DNA of 42,146 bases from Stramenopiles sp. TOSAG23-6 (Eukaryota): positions 1-42,146 of the forward strand of contig LT635935.1 of assembly GCA_900128565.1 (NCBI GenBank), read 5' to 3'. Positions 41,503 to 42,146 of the stretch are shown in pieces (the stretch's first letter is position 1; the number at the start of each line of letters is the position of its first letter). A program made the translations under genes and the position numbers. The notes under the pieces were generated by a model. It ran no database searches. It saw only the letters and a program-made list of their open reading frames with translations, and was not told the origin of the DNA.

Positions 41503-41782
41503 AAACGGTGTGGCAGGTAACGCAGGTAATAATAGGCACTACCCACGGACAGGTCAACCTGAAAGATATGACTACAGTTTCCGCAGTTTCCGTTTCATTT
41601 TTTCTGTAGAATTTTCCGAATTAGGGTTAGGGTTAGGTTTGTAGGAGTAAAAATTTGAAAAAGTGCCCAAAATTAATCTGTTTAACAATTTAAATTAACA
41701 ATTTGCTCTCAAAAAAATTTGATATTTTTATTTATACACTATTCAAATAAATGTGTTGTTAGATAAACTACAAAGCAAACTT

Positions 41783-42091
41783 TCAAAAATCATTAAGATT
41801 ACCCTGATTATTAGATATGAGAACTGGTTTCAGTTCTGATGCTAAACTTACTAATAGGGCATTCAGTTCCCCCATTTGCTGTTTACATTCATCTTTTACT
41901 TGTACATAATCAGTTTCTCTTCCTTTTGATTCAATGAATTCATTTAGTTTAAATAGATTCTGTTCATAATGTCGAAGGCGTTGTTCTTGTGCATCAAGTG
42001 CTTTTGCAGTTTCCGAAACAGCCAATTTTTCTTTCAGTTGTTCGTATTTGCTACTAAGAAGCATAACTTGTTGTCTCACGGATGATTTACG
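41783..42091 (-). CDS. IFT74: IFT74 C-terminal fragment (mirror copy)
   Basis: Reverse complement of 56..364. Confidence 0.82.
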   Translation of the reverse strand, partial: RKSSVRQQVMLLSSKYEQLKEKLAVSETAKALDAQEQRLRHYEQNLFKLNEFIESKGRETDYVQVKDECKQQMGELNALLVSLASELKPVLISNNQGNLNDF

Positions 42092-42146
42092 ATTTTTATG
42101 TGCATCGGGTCCTGCAAGCCAAAGTGTCACATTTCTCTTTTCTCCT
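42092..42146 (-). repeat. 55-nt terminal segment (mirror copy; identical to 3939-3993)
   Basis: Reverse complement of 1..55. Confidence 0.95.

Larger units (their letters stand above)
1..42146. repeat. Whole-window inverted duplication (arms 1-21073 and 21074-42146, no spacer)
   Basis: Every ORF in the track has an identical mirror ORF whose coordinates sum to 42147 (e.g. 17..364+/41783..42130-, 3771..15752-/26395..38376+). The ends are reverse complements (aggagaaaag.../...cttttctcct) and the axis is ttt|aaa at 21073/21074. Confidence 0.98.

Noticed and set aside
1..42146. Virus, Polinton/Maverick, linear plasmid or large transposon with terminal inverted repeats
   Set aside because: I found no polymerase, integrase, transposase, capsid, packaging ATPase or protelomerase. 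All recognisable genes are cellular eukaryotic genes, and the inverted repeat covers the entire window rather than just the termini.

Overview
This is AT-rich eukaryotic nuclear DNA from a flagellated protist, judged from IFT74, GT-AG introns, the standard genetic code and very short intergenic spaces. A stramenopile-like or single-cell-amplified origin is plausible but unproven. The whole window is one spacer-less palindrome: base i pairs with base 42147-i and the axis lies at 21073/21074 in a poly-T/poly-A tract, so only about 21 kb is unique. That arm carries, in order: the 3' end of IFT74; a spliced ~964-aa orphan membrane protein with 18-aa Cys/Trp repeats; a 3993-aa intronless protein with TPR-like, IQ, C2-like and PDZ-like modules; an IQANK1-like ankyrin protein; an RBX1-like RING-H2 gene with one intron; a NIPSNAP-family gene; and ~1.1 kb rich in short, co-oriented TTAGGG clusters leading to the axis. 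Each contig end is exactly 55 nt copied from inside the giant gene. Together with the low-complexity axis, this makes an MDA/k=55 assembly fold-back the most economical explanation for the palindrome, although a real hairpin or telomere-proximal end cannot be excluded from sequence alone. The best biological leads are the giant protein (repeated C2-PDZ-IQ modules that appear to sit inside a split C2 domain), the Cys-repeat orphan, the rearranged IQANK1-like gene and the TTAGGG motif family. All family calls come from recalled motifs, not database searches.
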